From Balanoglossus misakiensis (taxonomy: Eukaryota; Animalia; Hemichordata), in the NCBI GenBank assembly GCA_040954595.2, contig CM082595.2:395690-459689 (forward strand): DNA of 64,000 nt, in the 5' to 3' direction. A program made the position numbers and the translations under genes. Below the pieces are notes generated by a model. The model made no database searches. It was not told where the DNA came from and saw only the letters and a list, made by a program, of their open reading frames with translations. Each line of letters starts with the position of its first letter. Positions within the stretch are counted from its first letter, which is position 1. This document shows positions 34,001 to 48,938 of the stretch, in pieces.

Positions 34001-37000
34001 TTTCTTCATCTAAACTGAAATTGATCCCTGTGCCTTTTCATCTGTATATTAAGCATAGCTCGTTTAAACTTTTAATGCCACGCTCACTTCTCGGGTTAAA
34101 TATTTCACAAAAGTCTCATAATCGCTGACTGCCTACAGGGGAGGGAAGTACCCTTTGACATTATCAATACCATTACTGGCTTGTTTCTCGCCTTTTAAAA
34201 GACTTCAGAATCAACTTGCTAGGTTTTATACACATCTACCCTTCTTTGACCTAACCATCCCTATTTGATGTCAATAAACTGAACCAGTTAGACACATCTG
34301 AAGCTAAAGCACCTAGCTCTAAGAAGGTCATTGATTGAGACGTCCGGTTGACCGTTCATGAGGTCATCTATTGAGTGGTCACATCAGGTCATATCCCTTT
34401 AAGGTCAATCAACAATCAGGTGGTCATTCAATTCAACGCCTGACCATTCACTACAGGTTCAAACATTCAGTTTTCCGGCAGTGAGGTCATTCCTCTGGGC
34501 GTGGTGACTATGAGGTCATTTCATTTATGTCATTTATCTGGGTCATTTATTCTTATTATTCCTGATATAATTTAGTGCACTCATTTCAATCTCTGTGAAC
34601 GTCATCAAAGGTAAAACCATATATGGTCACTTTATTTGGATTGGCTTTGTTCATTCCAACAAACAAGATGGCATAGGACCATTCATTTTATTCTGTCGCA
34701 TCGAACATCGTCACACATGGTGTCAATAAACCCATAAAACAGATGTTTGCCACATCAATAAGCACAATTTCTACTCATATTTATTCGATTTTCTTGTTGG
34801 CCTTGACTCTCATGAGCAAAGACCTGCAAATTTCCTCCCATCAGCTACCCACCTGCAAAAAATTCCCTTACAAGGTTTATGTCATCTTCAAACATTAAGA
34901 GGGAAAATCAGTAGAATTTTTCTCAGCGATGAATTCTACCACCACATGGCACTGTGAGACAGTTTGCTGTTCCAAGCTTATAATCTCACAAACCACGACC
35001 AGTTATGTCAAGCTCTCCAAGTGTGAGAGACTGAACTATTGACACCATGATATTACCCAAGAGCAGAAAGCCTCAAAAAGATCAGCTAAAACTTTAAGAC
35101 TGTCATATTATTTTTACTGTGAAACCTTTTCACCTTTGAGTCTTTCAGGAGGAAGTTCGTCCTTTGAGGGAATCCGCCAACAGGCCCTGAAGATTTCTTT
35201 TACTTTCTTTTGTTCAAAAACACCAACAAATGGTTGTAAAAGTCTCAGAAGGCTAAACTCTACACATCAACGAATGAATACTTATCAATGTACTGCATCT
35301 GCATCGACAAGGCGGGAAATGCAACAATTCTGGCGGCAAATTGCAAAAGTATTTCTTTTCTTTGTAAATTCCTTCAATTGCGGATGCGTAGTTGTGGAAG
35401 CAGACCTCGCCCTGCCCATATCAATGTATACCTATCAACAATACACCCATATTCCCCTTAAAAACTATTTGTATTTTGCTGTCCTGGTGACATCATATTA
35501 CCCACAGGTATGGCCCACTGAGTTTGTTTTCCAAATGCTTCAAATGAGTGCTTGACGATTTAAAACACCCTAAATAATCACCATCAACATTTACCATTTA
35601 ACTTGAGAGTGAAAGTCTCTACACCAGACAGAAGTTGTAGTGTATACACAGAATAAAAATACTGAAAGTATCAGCAAACCTATGGCTGTTGTCCCTTTAA
35701 GGTAAACTTTTTGTAGAATCCCAGCTGAGACAGTCTGTCGCCTGTGAAGAGTCTGCACTGTGGGGTATCTTTTCATGGTCACACACTTGTAGAGCTTTCC
35801 TTTGGAATTAGGACAAAACGACTCAGCAGACAAGTAGGACTATACTTAGTAGAAGAACCTGTAGCCAAAGAATTTTGAGTTTCCTTCCCATAAAAGAAAC
35901 TTCACACAAACAATAGTGGTTATAGTGGCCATTTATTTGGATCGTCTGGTTTATTTTTGCCATATTATTGGCTGAATTTGTGTTCAGAAAAAGCAGTAGT
36001 TTTCATGAAGACTTTGTATACGTTGGATTATCTTCCAATTGTGTGGTTTTATATCTTATCACAATGTGTATGTGTGTGTGTATGAGACAGAGACAATGAC
36101 AGACAGACAGAGATTGACTATAAGGCGCATACACTGTATATGAATGCAAGAGAGAAACAGAACAGAGTTCCAGACTAGAGTGTTTCCTTTTTTAGCTAAG
36201 AAAACCTGGCTACTGCTAAAAGAACGACACACACAAGACAGACTAGAAGACATCAATGAACCCATCGCATCAGGGTGTGGCATCCAACACTGCACAGTAT
36301 GCATAATAAAATTCAATGTTTGATATTCATCTCCCATGCCTACGAGTAAACATAACAAACTCAAACAGTTCCTCCAAGTACCCGTTTCTAACAAGGAAAC
36401 TCATGTCCACAGACTGATTTGCTACATGTCAGCAGCACCGAGTGCTGGCAATTATTTTCCCCCTCAGAGTGGAGCCTGAATTCGCTGCGGCTCTCAACAC
36501 AAGGAGCCAGGGTACGGACATGCCGGGGCAAATAATGAACTGATATTTTTCTCGGTTTGTTCATGCTCAGGTACAATAGAAGTGACTATGGAATTTCTAG
36601 GATGAATGAGTTCTTTTATTTGATGGAGAACTGGCAAGCATCTATTAATTACATTGGTGTTTAATTTGAGCATCTCTCCCGCACTTTTTCATTGAGTACA
36701 TGTCAGTCTCCAGCTGCAGTCCCTTCTATTATGTGAAGTAGTCTGCGCGTCTCGTTAACGTGGTTTGGCTCCAGCGAAGTCTTCGTGCTGGGAATATTGA
36801 TGATTTTGCGAGACCATAACAACAGACAGGGGCATGATCTCCTATGGAGTATACAAAACACACCATCTAATGTGCAAGTAGAATGAGAATATTTTTTATT
36901 CTGAAAAAAATGGCACAGATATGCGGGCACATCCGCCATCTTGGATATCGACTAATTTGCATATGTACGTGATTGGGCCATCCATCTTCGAGAGGGACCC

Positions 37001-39285
37001 ATTCGCCATGTTTGTAACTAGTTGCAGCAAATCCGTGAACTGCACTCTCTGCTATCACATCACAATATGCCTCACGTACAGCTAAACAAACTACACGACG
37101 GCTATTAATAGACCTGCCATTTTATTTCATTAGGGGAACACATTGAAAGTTTCAAAGAAATCACATTGCTAAATGCGTACAAAGAATAAAGCATCTCCCC
37201 TGACTGACAATCCGGGATCTGACTATTCAGTCTATGGACCATCAAAGACAGGGTGAAATTCTCTTATTGGGATGACTCTGAAAGCCAGCTGTACAAATTA
37301 GACAGGTTGGCGTAGGCATACTGACATCTGAAATTTGCTCAAAGCTTCCTGCATGTAAACTCACAGTCAATTTGATAGCATTAGCGCCTTCTGGGTTGTT
37401 GTAATCACAAGATCTACATGGGACACCGTTTTTAATACAAGCGTCTCACTAAGATTTTAATACTGACAGCGAAATGTGACCAGAGGTCTCGAGCCGTCAG
37501 TCAGTCAGCCAAAGAGTTCATAACTCACTCATTTTTGGGCAATATAAAAAAACAAAAAGACACATAGGTTAAGTTTGATGTTCCGGTATTTTATTTTTTT
37601 ATTGCAAAACTTAATAAGAAGACATTAAGAGAACTGCAACCATATATATAAACAGGATAATAACAGTGTTACACGGATGTAAAATTATTCGTCGTACTAT
37701 AGTCTGTGCCCCACCCCCAACCCTCCAAAATGCCACTGACTACAACTCTTTTGACAGTTTCAGTATTGAATATTGCTTCAGAACTTGCTGGGGTCTATAC
37801 TGGATCTCTGAATATTTAATAATCTGAATTGGACACAGAAATGAAGGCAGATCTAAATTGCCCAGGTTAACCAGCCTGAGAGGAACAGAACCAAGATGAA
37901 CCTTTTCATCGACGATGAATGATTGACACAGAGATTCCCCATTAAAATCACCCTCTGAGTCATGACTGCCATCCCTCGTCAGATGGCAACGAAGACACCC
38001 CTGTTGTCTGATTTCATAATCTCCCCAACCACCTCAAAAGAAAATCATCCTTTTACGCCGAGATAATAAATCTTCGACAGTAGAGAGCAAATCAAGCTGT
38101 CACTGGGACAAGCAGTCTGCAAATGAACAACTCTTTACGGCCAGAAAATTGCTGGCGGCGTAGAAATTAATGATTCTGGGCTTTTCTAAAGTGCTGCATG
38201 TAACAGTCAAACTGTCAGAGATGGTGTGACTTTTCACCACTTTTAATGCCATGCCCGCCCCAGATGGAACACCCGTGCGATGCTCAATTTTCATCCCCCA
38301 GGTTTTAGAATCAACGCCCACAGCAGTCTTCCAATATTAAGCAATACTTTTCAGGTAAGTCCAGGCTCTGATTTCACATGTGTGACGCTTTTGACAAAAA
38401 AGAAAGGAATGCTGATTTGAGCTACGAGGTGGCAATCCTTTACAAAAGACACTCATATTACATCCATGGATTTGTTATAAAGTCCGTTGATTCTTCCCCT
38501 ATCAAAGAATTGTATCTCTGATGCTCTGAAGTCTCATAGCCAAAATTCCTCACAACTCAGTCATTGGGTTGATTGAATATTCTACTTTATGACATGCTAG
38601 GCTTACAAAAAAACATCAATCAAAACAGTACATGTACTTCTCATGAGCCGATGGAACTTCTGGTTTTGATCTGTCAAAAGATCATGAATCAAAACTCTGA
38701 AACTGCAGGAATTCAATAGTCAAAGCATACAGTCACCAATGCAAATTTAACCACAGTTACAATCGAGACCTCGCCAATAACAGACTTTCACATGACGGCC
38801 ATGTGAAAAGAAAAGTGCACCACAACACCACCACACGGTTATCTGAAGACCAAGACAAACCATTTTAACCATAAATGTAAATCAGAAGTGATTGTATGCC
38901 TCTCTTAGAAGGAGAAACCATAGAAATAAGAGCATCAGCAATCTTCTATCAGTATGGTGAGATACATGTACTGTAGAAACTGGCTGCATACGCCCTCTGC
39001 ATTAGTAGTAGTACTAGATGGTTTAGATGAGTTGTGTCTGGTTGTCTCTGGTTAGTAGTGGTTAATCATTGATGAGATGGTGAAACCTATTAACATCATT
39101 ACCAGACAGTATTAGAGAATGCATAACAAGTCTAATGCTGTCGAGTAAGATGTCAATCGAATTCACACCACATCAACCCAAGAGATCTTCTGGGGTCAAG
39201 CGTTATGCCCCAAAGAGGTCAGAAGTCATGTGTCATCAGAACCAGAGAGTTCCCTGTCCGGTCTCTCTGGTTGCCGTTGTCTCAC

Positions 39286-39324
39286 CTGGTAGTGTCTGGA
39301 GTCCATCCTGCATTGAATCTTCAT
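39286..39324 (-). CDS. Candidate upstream or start exon (MKIQCRMDSRHYQ)
   Basis: Two in-frame ATGs ending at a strong CAG|GTGAGA phase-0 donor compatible with the 31092 acceptor; no homology support. Confidence 0.25.
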
Positions 39325-42119
39325 GACACCACTGCACAAGTGTCAAAATTGCCTGCCTCCTAGCCACCACTGGCCATTTTCACACCAGAAAGCCACAACC
39401 ACCAGAAAAAGACTTATTCTTGCATATTTCAAACAGAGGATCTGTTTCAAAAACAGCACACCAAATCCCGGTGACCAAAAAGGACTTTAACACAACACAA
39501 ATGGCCAAAACACCATCAGCTTGTAATGCGACAAGGCTTCTCAACGACCGACACACCATCTGGCCTCTGCCTCCGCCAACCTCTCCACCAGAAATGCCAC
39601 GTTACACCGACCCATCTAATATTAGAACAACCACACAGACAATACCGTGACCACTTGGCGGCCGACCAAAACTCAAATCCAAAAAAAGTCAAACTCTTGT
39701 GAACTTTTTTATTTCTTTTATGACTGACTTGCCTTCCATTGGTCTGGTGTCTTTGTTAACGGTCAGGATGCAGGAACACACACGTAAATCAGGTAGTATC
39801 ATGCACAGACTTGCAGACTATTAAAGAACTGAAAAAATGACCCCTTACACAAAGCGCTTCAACAACACAGAAACAACCACGATATGTCTCTTTGCAGCCC
39901 CACCCTAATATAATTGCATCTTTACAGAGAAAAATTTAACGGAACAAAATCCCTGCACACACCTGTTGAATACACAACCTGGTTATGATCAGTAAACCGC
40001 TCGAAACAGACAAAAAAATCTGCAAAATTGAGGTGCGGCTCAGCACAATGCTGTTTCTTTTCCGCGATGATGCTGAAAAGATATATGATGCCCAGCTAAA
40101 TAATCCAATATGGAGTCGCAGGGTCTGAAATGAATTCGCATGGAAATACTACAGCTGATGATAAAGAATAAGAACAACAGTCCACATGTGATACCAGACT
40201 TGAAAGGATGAATGCTGCGGTCAAACTGTACCGAAACGGCAAGACATTTCACAAAAATTGAAACGGACATAAGCCCCAAGGTTAATTAAATGGTACATTT
40301 TAAAGATTCATTCATTGTGTTAAATGTGCCGTGAGCAAACAGGACAGCCGGCCTTGTGAAATCCATGGAACTGCCCACCACCAGTAAGTTATATTCCAGC
40401 TCAATATCAAACATATGGGATTTCATCGTCTCGTTTCCCTCGCGAGTGTCGATACATTCCTCCTGAGTTGCATGTGCATCTCCGAAACTGACTCATCCGT
40501 GTGAACTTGATAGCAGACGCAGTGTCTGTGATAGAGCAGCCTGCTGACGTATCAGCTCCATCTGTAGCCGGCCAACATGTGACCACAAACGCATGGTGTG
40601 CCCATGCGCCTATAGGGGTGAATGTACCTGGAAGTCTAACGGTTACGGCTGTGTCAGGTCAGATCTCAGAGGTGTCACCAACACATTCAGTGTCAGAATA
40701 AGGACTTACGGGGGTCAGTGAACAGAAATGCCGACGCCCATCACTTGTTAACAAAAAGGAGGGTCCGGGCTGTGCTGACGATGACGTCAAACTCTTACAC
40801 TGCACACACAACAACCCCACCCAGTGACCTCAACAAGGGAACAACGGAGAGAGAGAAAAGTACAATGGAATTTTCCAAATGCTTGGTTCCGCACAAAGGG
40901 CGAGTCTGGAGCCAACCACAATTGCTGCATCCCAACCACAATAGTTGCTCAGGAGAGGACGTAGCTTGCCATGAAGATTGGCTTTTCAGGCACATCGGAG
41001 GACAAAGCGATGATTTTGTAAAAGCCGTCAACTCCTCATTGTGGTGTAACAGTCTCATTAGGGCCAGTCGGATTTTTTGAACAGCATTGTACGCTTACAC
41101 TAAATCTGTTTGTGTTTTATCGCTAAGCCAATAAGATCATTAACAACACTTCAGATGGCATGGACACTCACAACCTTGGAAACCACAAAGCCTCGTACAA
41201 TTAACACACCCTACAAAACCGCTGCTTTTTTAGCAATTAGTTCATTGGCCCAACAAACATTGCGAGCAAGATGGCCACATCATTATATTTAATATAACAC
41301 CAATCAATACATGATTGGACAGATTCAATGTCTTCAGCTCTATTTCAAATATTTCGCCTTCAATTTTCAAAACACACAATCCAGCCAGATACTTTGAAGC
41401 ACGTTACTAAAAGAAAAAAAGCCTGTCCACAAAAGACGACATATTGCTCTACATATTTTAAATGCAAATGCGATCGCGAGAGTAAAATAACCTACAAAAG
41501 TAGCCATAAATTGTACATACCCACTACGAGTATTACACATGAACAAACCTACTTGACATCAATGCAGATAGAGTGCACTCCTTGCAATAAACAAATTCAA
41601 GTTAACAGAATACCACTGGTATGTACTTGTAGTTGTGGCCAGAGGCATGATATATCTCTGAATACCACCTTTCCATCTGGGCAGATACATCAAACAAACT
41701 TAACCCCATACTTCTTAACACAAGACTCCTCCTTCTGTTCACCACTCTTTTCATGCACATAGGTCAAGCCTCACCCACTGAATAAACTTTGGTTAAACCA
41801 CACAACAGGGTGGGACAGGTCACAGTACTTTTGGAGATTCAAACCCATATAATGCAACAAAGAGCACTAGTGCAAAGTTTGGGGGCAACTTTACCAACAC
41901 CTAGGCTAGGTCTTTTTTTGTCATTAAAGTTAAAAACCTGAAAACATATATCGTAAACAAAAAGGCTTCTAAATTCCTGTGAAGACCACATTCCTTTAGT
42001 ATTAGTATTTGATTTTGAGGCACAAAATTACACACACAAACTTGTACAGCTACAGGAATTCTCACAAGAAAAATCCTTGATAGAAATGCAACGTTTACAT
42101 CGTACCACATCTCTGGGAA

Positions 42120-42191
42120 GTAACATTACCACATCAGACTGTAACATTTAGTACATCAGAAAGTAACGTTACCACATCAGACTGTAACATT
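42120..42191 (+). repeat. Short tandem repeat (21-22-bp unit, 43-bp higher order)
   Basis: GTAAC(A/G)TTACCACATCAGACTGTAACATT occurs twice. Confidence 0.8.
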
Positions 42192-43907
42192 GACTACATT
42201 CAATGACATGTATTTCAGTTATTTGTCTATGAATTTCAGCACCACCTACATGTACTGACCACTGTAAGTAAACCACACAGAGAATATTTGCTTCTCTGGG
42301 GAGGTCATTTCAAAGGATCATTAAATAATTTGTACAGCATGCTACTTGCGCTCAGCACACATCAGGGTCAAACCGACAATGCTGCCAAAACTCAATGCAA
42401 TTACCTGGCCATTCTGTCAACTCGCAGAAAAATTACTGAAACACAATACCTCAATTATTGCCTTGCTCAGAGTCTAATATTCCCACAGTACTGTCACATT
42501 CACAGGAGATGGTTTACAGAGAAGCTCGTAATGAAGAAATTTGACAAACCTAAACAATACATCATCCTCCTCTAAAAAGGAACACTGATGGTATCTCTTT
42601 CACTAGTGCTTTGATAACCAACCCTTTGATTACTGTTATCTCCACTGGTATGTTGCCATGGAAATATATCAAATCATCCCAAGCAATTTTGAGAAGTAAT
42701 TACCCGCCAAGATGCTACATCTTTCAATATCTGAGACAGTCCTTCTTGCAAAATTGCATTAAGTGTCTTCTACAAATGAGCATCTGTATTCGACTCTGGT
42801 TTTGCCTTGCCCTCTTTTCTCTTCTGATTTTGGATTCATGATATCTGGCGATGTGACTGTTCTGCGAGGAGTTAACTGGTGATTTGATGTCAACCCAAAT
42901 TGGAAAGGGGAACTGCCATCATTACAGAAAACACCGAGAAATTGGCAAACATTGAAACAGTTGTGTGGTTTACCAGCGTGATTGTAGCAACTCTGGAGTG
43001 TTCTAATGGCCTCACCAATCTCTCCCTTTCTCGTTATATTCTAGGCAAGGCCACACAAAATCACATCTTTAATAACACTGAAATTTCCTGTAGCATCTTC
43101 AACATTAATGAGATCACCTGCTGAAGTTTGCAGATGATATTGACCTCTACATCAAAGAGAGAACCGACACACGTGCATAGATGGACCTACGAACACACGT
43201 CTCAGCTAGTCTCTGTATTATTAACCGTAAAAATCACTGAGGTGGATTTGGTTTCACAGAGCAAATCCGCACGATTGGCCTAACATTCTCGCACCAGTTT
43301 CAACTCAGGCAGTAAATTGGAAATGTGTGTCTATCTAGGCTAATCCACAACCACAATTTTTGTCAGACACAACTGTTTTCGAAAAACCTCAATTGGACGA
43401 CAGAGTTAAAACTACTGGTAGCTTCCATAGAACTCCTTCAAGAATTACTGAACAATCTTGGCGGGAACTGCAGACAATGAAACAGTTGACTCATCATGGC
43501 TAGTACACAGATTGTTCACTAAATGCCTACAAGACATGTTGACAGATCACTGCTAAGCCAACATATTGATGACAATGTTTGTCTTCTAATCTGACTTAGG
43601 AGTGTTTCTTCTTCAAACAAATGTATTCAACTTCAATGGTCATTGTTTCAGACTTGCTTCAAATGTTGTAAAGTCTGCAGTTATTCAAACTTATTCTTTT
43701 AACTTCTACTTGCCAGGGATACATGACATCATGCAGGCCATTAAATTGGCTTGGGTTATTTTTATTATCTCTTTCAGTTTATGAGACCAACTTTGATATT
43801 GTGTGTTTGTATTCAACTGCACATGTGACTACCTTATATATGTTCATGTGACTAACTTTCTCCTTTTGTCAACTATGCATTGTCTGCCTGTGTGCATGTG
43901 TCCACAT

Positions 43908-43992
43908 GTCTGTCTGCTTGTCTTTGTCTGTCTGTCTGTCTGTCTATCTATCTGTCTCTCTCAGTGTCTGTCTGTCTGTCTCAGTGTCTGTC
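43908..43992 (+). repeat. Imperfect (TCTG)n microsatellite
   Basis: TGTCTGTCTGTCTGTCTGTCTATC... visible. Confidence 0.8.
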
Positions 43993-46900
43993 ATGTCATT
44001 GGTAAGAAACATACATGAACTGTACGCTGGTACTAGCTGTGCTGGTTTACATCACACGTTTTGTTTGTTTTTGGCTTGACTTTTGAACCCAGGATTAGAT
44101 GGTGCAACTATTCCAGCTGTGAAATATACATTAAATGTTCATGAAGCTGTCTTTTTACTTTCCCTATTGGTCTCCTATCTGCTGTTCTCTCCATCATCAC
44201 TCTCTGTATCTATCACTTGTCCTGGACAATCTGTGTTAATTTGTATTTTGAAGTAGAAAAAAGTGCCAAACTAGAAAAAAGTGCCAAAAGACAAAACAAC
44301 AAAACGGACACAAAGTAACGCCCTACAGGTTACATGTTGTGTCTTCAGTGAACCCAAATCAACAGAAGGAATTTCCAAAAAAAATCACTGTTTAAAACAC
44401 TCGATTTCAAAGCTTGAAATTGTCAATTTTTCGAGCTGCATCAGTAAAGTCTCAGTGGCTTTCTTCCCACGTACACAAGACTCTTGGTATTCACAGACGA
44501 GTGTGGATACCTAGAACTGTCTCGCTTGGGGTCATGCCACACTGCTGAGACGGAAGCAGAACGCCCACTGTCTTTTGTATCCTTTCATCTAATAAAGGTA
44601 ACTCTGACATAAAAAAAACTAACATCATAAAACCGAGTATCAAATCCTGCTGTTTTAGGATCTGCCGTGTTTTCTTCTTTCATATATCACCCACAATTAT
44701 TCTTTGCTATGGTTGCAGGATGTATCACAAAGATGACTTCAACATTCCTTGAAATTTTGATTCATCTGAAAGGCATCCTTAATGCATGCCACAAATCCAG
44801 CACATTTTGTAACACTAAACAGCTCACCGACCGACAACGAGAGTGGCCATTACACAGCTGATTCATGTACTCAGTGAGACAACTTATTCAGAGTTCTGAA
44901 GAAAGCTGGCACTGATGGATTTGAAAATGATTGACATGCGCGTACACACCTGTATGCATACAATTCTTGGAACATAATGCAGAGAGAATTTCTGCGAAGA
45001 AGAAAAAAAGTACAAACTTGGAGATACAGCTTACGGCTTCAGATTGAGATCTGTCAATTTATATGCAAAAGCAGAGAATTATACCAATTTGGCTACATTT
45101 CTGAGAGTACATCAGTTTTGGACAGACAGTCTAATTTAACACATGTATGAACACTGATTGGCGTTTCCATGGCAAGGAGTAAGAATATCAAAATCAATTT
45201 TCAGGTGTGCCGGCAACAGGATGAATTAAATTTGATACCTTGCCTAGATGATTGATAGTGAGGTCTGAATCAGGAGCCGGGATAATTTGCCACTAGGTTT
45301 TGCAGAAACTAGATGTAAAATCATAAATGTCGATTATAAAAATGCAGATGGAACTTTGTCGTTTTATGGCGTATGCAGCTATCACCAGCAAATCAGAGTG
45401 ACCTGTGATGTCACGACAGAATATAAAAATAATCTTGAAACAGAAATGAGAGAGATTCATCTATTCTTTGGATCACCACGGTTGCTAGGCATAACAGAAC
45501 TTGTTTCTCCTGGAGACAAGTCACACTGAAAAGCGTGGCAAATCATTTTAACGAGGTGTGCACGCTGAATCTGTTAAACTTTTAATGATTCAAAATCACC
45601 AGATGATCAATGAGCTAATTCTTACTTTCTCAAAATCCTGCACATAAAAAAGGTACCAATTGCTGACTCTATTTATTGTAAATTTTGACAGCATACTTTG
45701 CAGATGAAACGTAACTCTTGTGGCTTACAACAGCAAGTGATTTTGCTATTTTGTTCATCTCACACTGTGACACTCTGCTTTTTCTTCATCTCACTTTTAG
45801 TTAGAAGATTTCAAACGCAACACTGCCCATCACTTAAAATATTCCTAATTATGGTTGTATTTAGTTATGTGTATACAAAGTGCAAAGTCTGGGAATGATT
45901 ACAGTTTGTTACTAAGTGGAAGCTACTCGGTTGTTGCTAGGCGTGGGGTTACTACACTACTCTATGGTTACAGGTATTATTGATCCTCTTTGAAATTTTA
46001 ACTTCACATGAAAAATTTGTAGCAATTTCAAACTCAGTGCCTGTTTATTACTCAAAAATGTTTGTTGGAGATAAATGCGTTCAGGAGTGCATAATTCTGA
46101 CAAAATCTAACAGTAAATGATGTGGCCACTATGAACAGATATTGTCCATTCAGGTGAACGTTTGTGTTTATGAATTCGAGATCGGTATAAAAGGCATGAC
46201 CCAGCTGGGGTCAAAGGTATTGATTTCAGAATAATACCATCCAATGACATGAAGACATGTTTCATCTCATGAATAAATTATATGTAGGGAGAATGACCGA
46301 ATTAAAAAAATCACAAATATTTCTCAATATGGCCAGTATCGTGGACTAACTGTGAATGGAAATTGAACGGTAGAAAACGAGTTCTGACACATAAAACTAT
46401 GCACACACATACACAAGCTCTGCTTCTTTAGAATAAAACAAATGATTCTATGTATGAATGAACTATGGAGATAAGAAAAAAGTGCCACTCCCATTTACGT
46501 TTTCAGTACTGGGTACCAACACCCTTTTCTATATACTATTTCTATTCAGTACGCCCACTCACAAACCTTACACAAAACATCAAATTCATCCCAAAGTGTC
46601 AAAACACATCTTAAATGCCAAATGCAAAACTAATTCACATTTAAGAAAATAAATGCAATAAATTTTCCCATTACGTTTATCTTGTTCAAAAGGAAAGGCC
46701 ATAAAAAGATCATTTTTTCAGATATGAGTAAAAGTCTTTCAATATGATCTCCCGGGCGACCGATATCTATTTTTTATCATCGTTTTGGTCATATTGGAAA
46801 TATTCTAAATTTGAAATAGTAAAATCGTGCATGCCACAAATCATACAACAGCCACACCCACTCAAGGACAATGTGGACTTCATAGATTTCTGATCAGTGT

Positions 46901-48830
46901 ACCAAATAACTTCAATCTGGGATTTTCAAAAATCATTTGCAAGAACCAGCCATTATATCTTGAATGATTACTCTGTGTTTTGTGTTTTGTTTTTAAAAAT
47001 CCCCTTACTCATCCAAAGTTGAATAAAACTGGAATAAAACGGGAAGAGTAACACATTTGCCATAAAAATATCAAATTCACTTCTCAGATAAGAAATTGTC
47101 CCCTGTTGGCATGATAGTCACACCCTATAAATTTGATTAGCCTGAGTCTGTATCTGGGGAAAATCAAAGATAATCTTGCGGAAAAATGCAATCGCGAGTG
47201 TTGGTCAAAGAGAGAGGGTTTTCAGGTTATACTCACAGAGACAGTCCATCACTGTTAACACAGATGGGTGACTGAACGAGATACGTCTTCCTCAAGCCAC
47301 TTTTGACTTTGTTAATGCCGATCATGATGCGAGTGTGACGCCTTGGCAACGGATGACTTACAACATGTAAGCATCTCACCGGGACGATAACACTAAACTC
47401 CACATCAAACAAGTCATCTCTGCCACAGTGTTAGGCATACCTTATCTCTGCCACAATGCCATAGGCAGCTACACGTACAGACTTCAACTGGACACTGGGA
47501 ATACGTTGTACACCTACGATAACATCTCGCTATTAATTTATATCAGGGTGTTGTCTCGCTTTCATTCCAGCCCATCGCAAGTCAAGGTTGGCAAATGCCC
47601 ATACACAACATTTAGCACTATAAAAAATCCATTTATGATCATTTCCTGTAGGGCATTAGGCGATCATTTTGGCTTTTACCAGAGCACTTACATTTTCTTG
47701 GCTCTCTCTCCGCACGAAAAAAAAAGAACAAAATCCATTATCTAAATTTTTTGAGCACGTACTCTCCGTTCATCAATTTAACCGGAAAAGTGATAAATGA
47801 AAACCATACAAATCAACCACGACAACACATCTCAATCTACTCAGTGACCTAAAAATTGAGAAATTCATTTAAGCCCGACATGGAGACGTACAACGCACTA
47901 TTTGTGTATCAGCATCTAATTGGTCATAAAAAATCCATGACTTTGAGACTAATGATATCTAAATTCAGAAGCTTAATGGAATAATTCTGCCTGGTCCGCT
48001 CCAATACTTTCAGTATTATATCTTATCAGACGTTCACATCATGTTTCAATATTTATCTTTCTAACAGCAATCAATTTCCGTTGTTACAACCGCAGTAAAA
48101 AGGGAGAAAAAGCCATCCATGCAGTTTACCGTAAATAGAATGGAATATAAGATCTTCCAACCATATCTAATTTCGAGGGGAACTTCCTCAGATATTCCAG
48201 CAAGATAATTCTTTATCAGCTCATGAATAAATGGCACAACTCATTCATTACCAGCACATGAAATGTCAATGTCTTTTGAAACGTGTACCATGTACCGGAA
48301 CAGTCAACAAACAGACTCACGACCAAAATCAATCAAATAGCCAATTTTGCTTTTCTTCTGCTACAAACATTCCACCCTGGCTCACTAAGACAGCACATCA
48401 CTGCACTGAAACAGTATCGAAATACAGTAGCCCCACTTAAAGATATATCCACTGCTTGTATACTTGGGGGAAACTCAAGCATGTAGCTGAAAACAAAAGC
48501 TGTTTCACCTATCTCGTATCCCTTCAAGCGATTTTCCAGCTTTTTAAATATTTACAAGTGGTGTGCGTGAGAAGGAACTGCCTTGCTCTCTCATCTGTGT
48601 CTCCATGCAGCGAGTTTTTTTTTTAACTGATGCACACAAATCGCTAACCCTAGTCTCTCTAATTTCAAATCCCAATAAGAAATGCTACCTTTCTCATTTT
48701 CAAATACCAACAATTACATATTTCACAGATTTGTGTCACAGTAAGGCAGGAATTCCACTGAATGTGAAGTTCAACGATGCTCTACATATGGCTGTGTGCC
48801 TGTTTGTAATGTCTGTCTTTCCGCCTCTTT

Positions 48831-48938
48831 CTGTCAGTCAGTCTATCTGTCTGCTTGCCTGTCCGCCTATCTGCCTGCCTCTGTCAGTCAGTCTATCTGT
48901 CTGCTTGCCTGTCCGCCTATCCGCCTGCCTCTGTCAGT
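48831..48938 (+). repeat. 50-bp tandem duplication
   Basis: CTGTCAGTCAGTCTATCTGTCTGCTTGCCTGTCCGCCTATC(T/C)GCCTGCCT at 48831 and 48881. Confidence 0.9.

Noticed and set aside
40501-41080. GC-richer region with 66-120-aa ORFs
   Set aside because: No recognisable motif or consistent splice sites.
42729-42912. Minus-strand open stretch (SHIARYHESKIRREKRARQNQSRIQ) as an upstream exon
   Set aside because: No convincing GT donor or pyrimidine-rich acceptor in a compatible phase.
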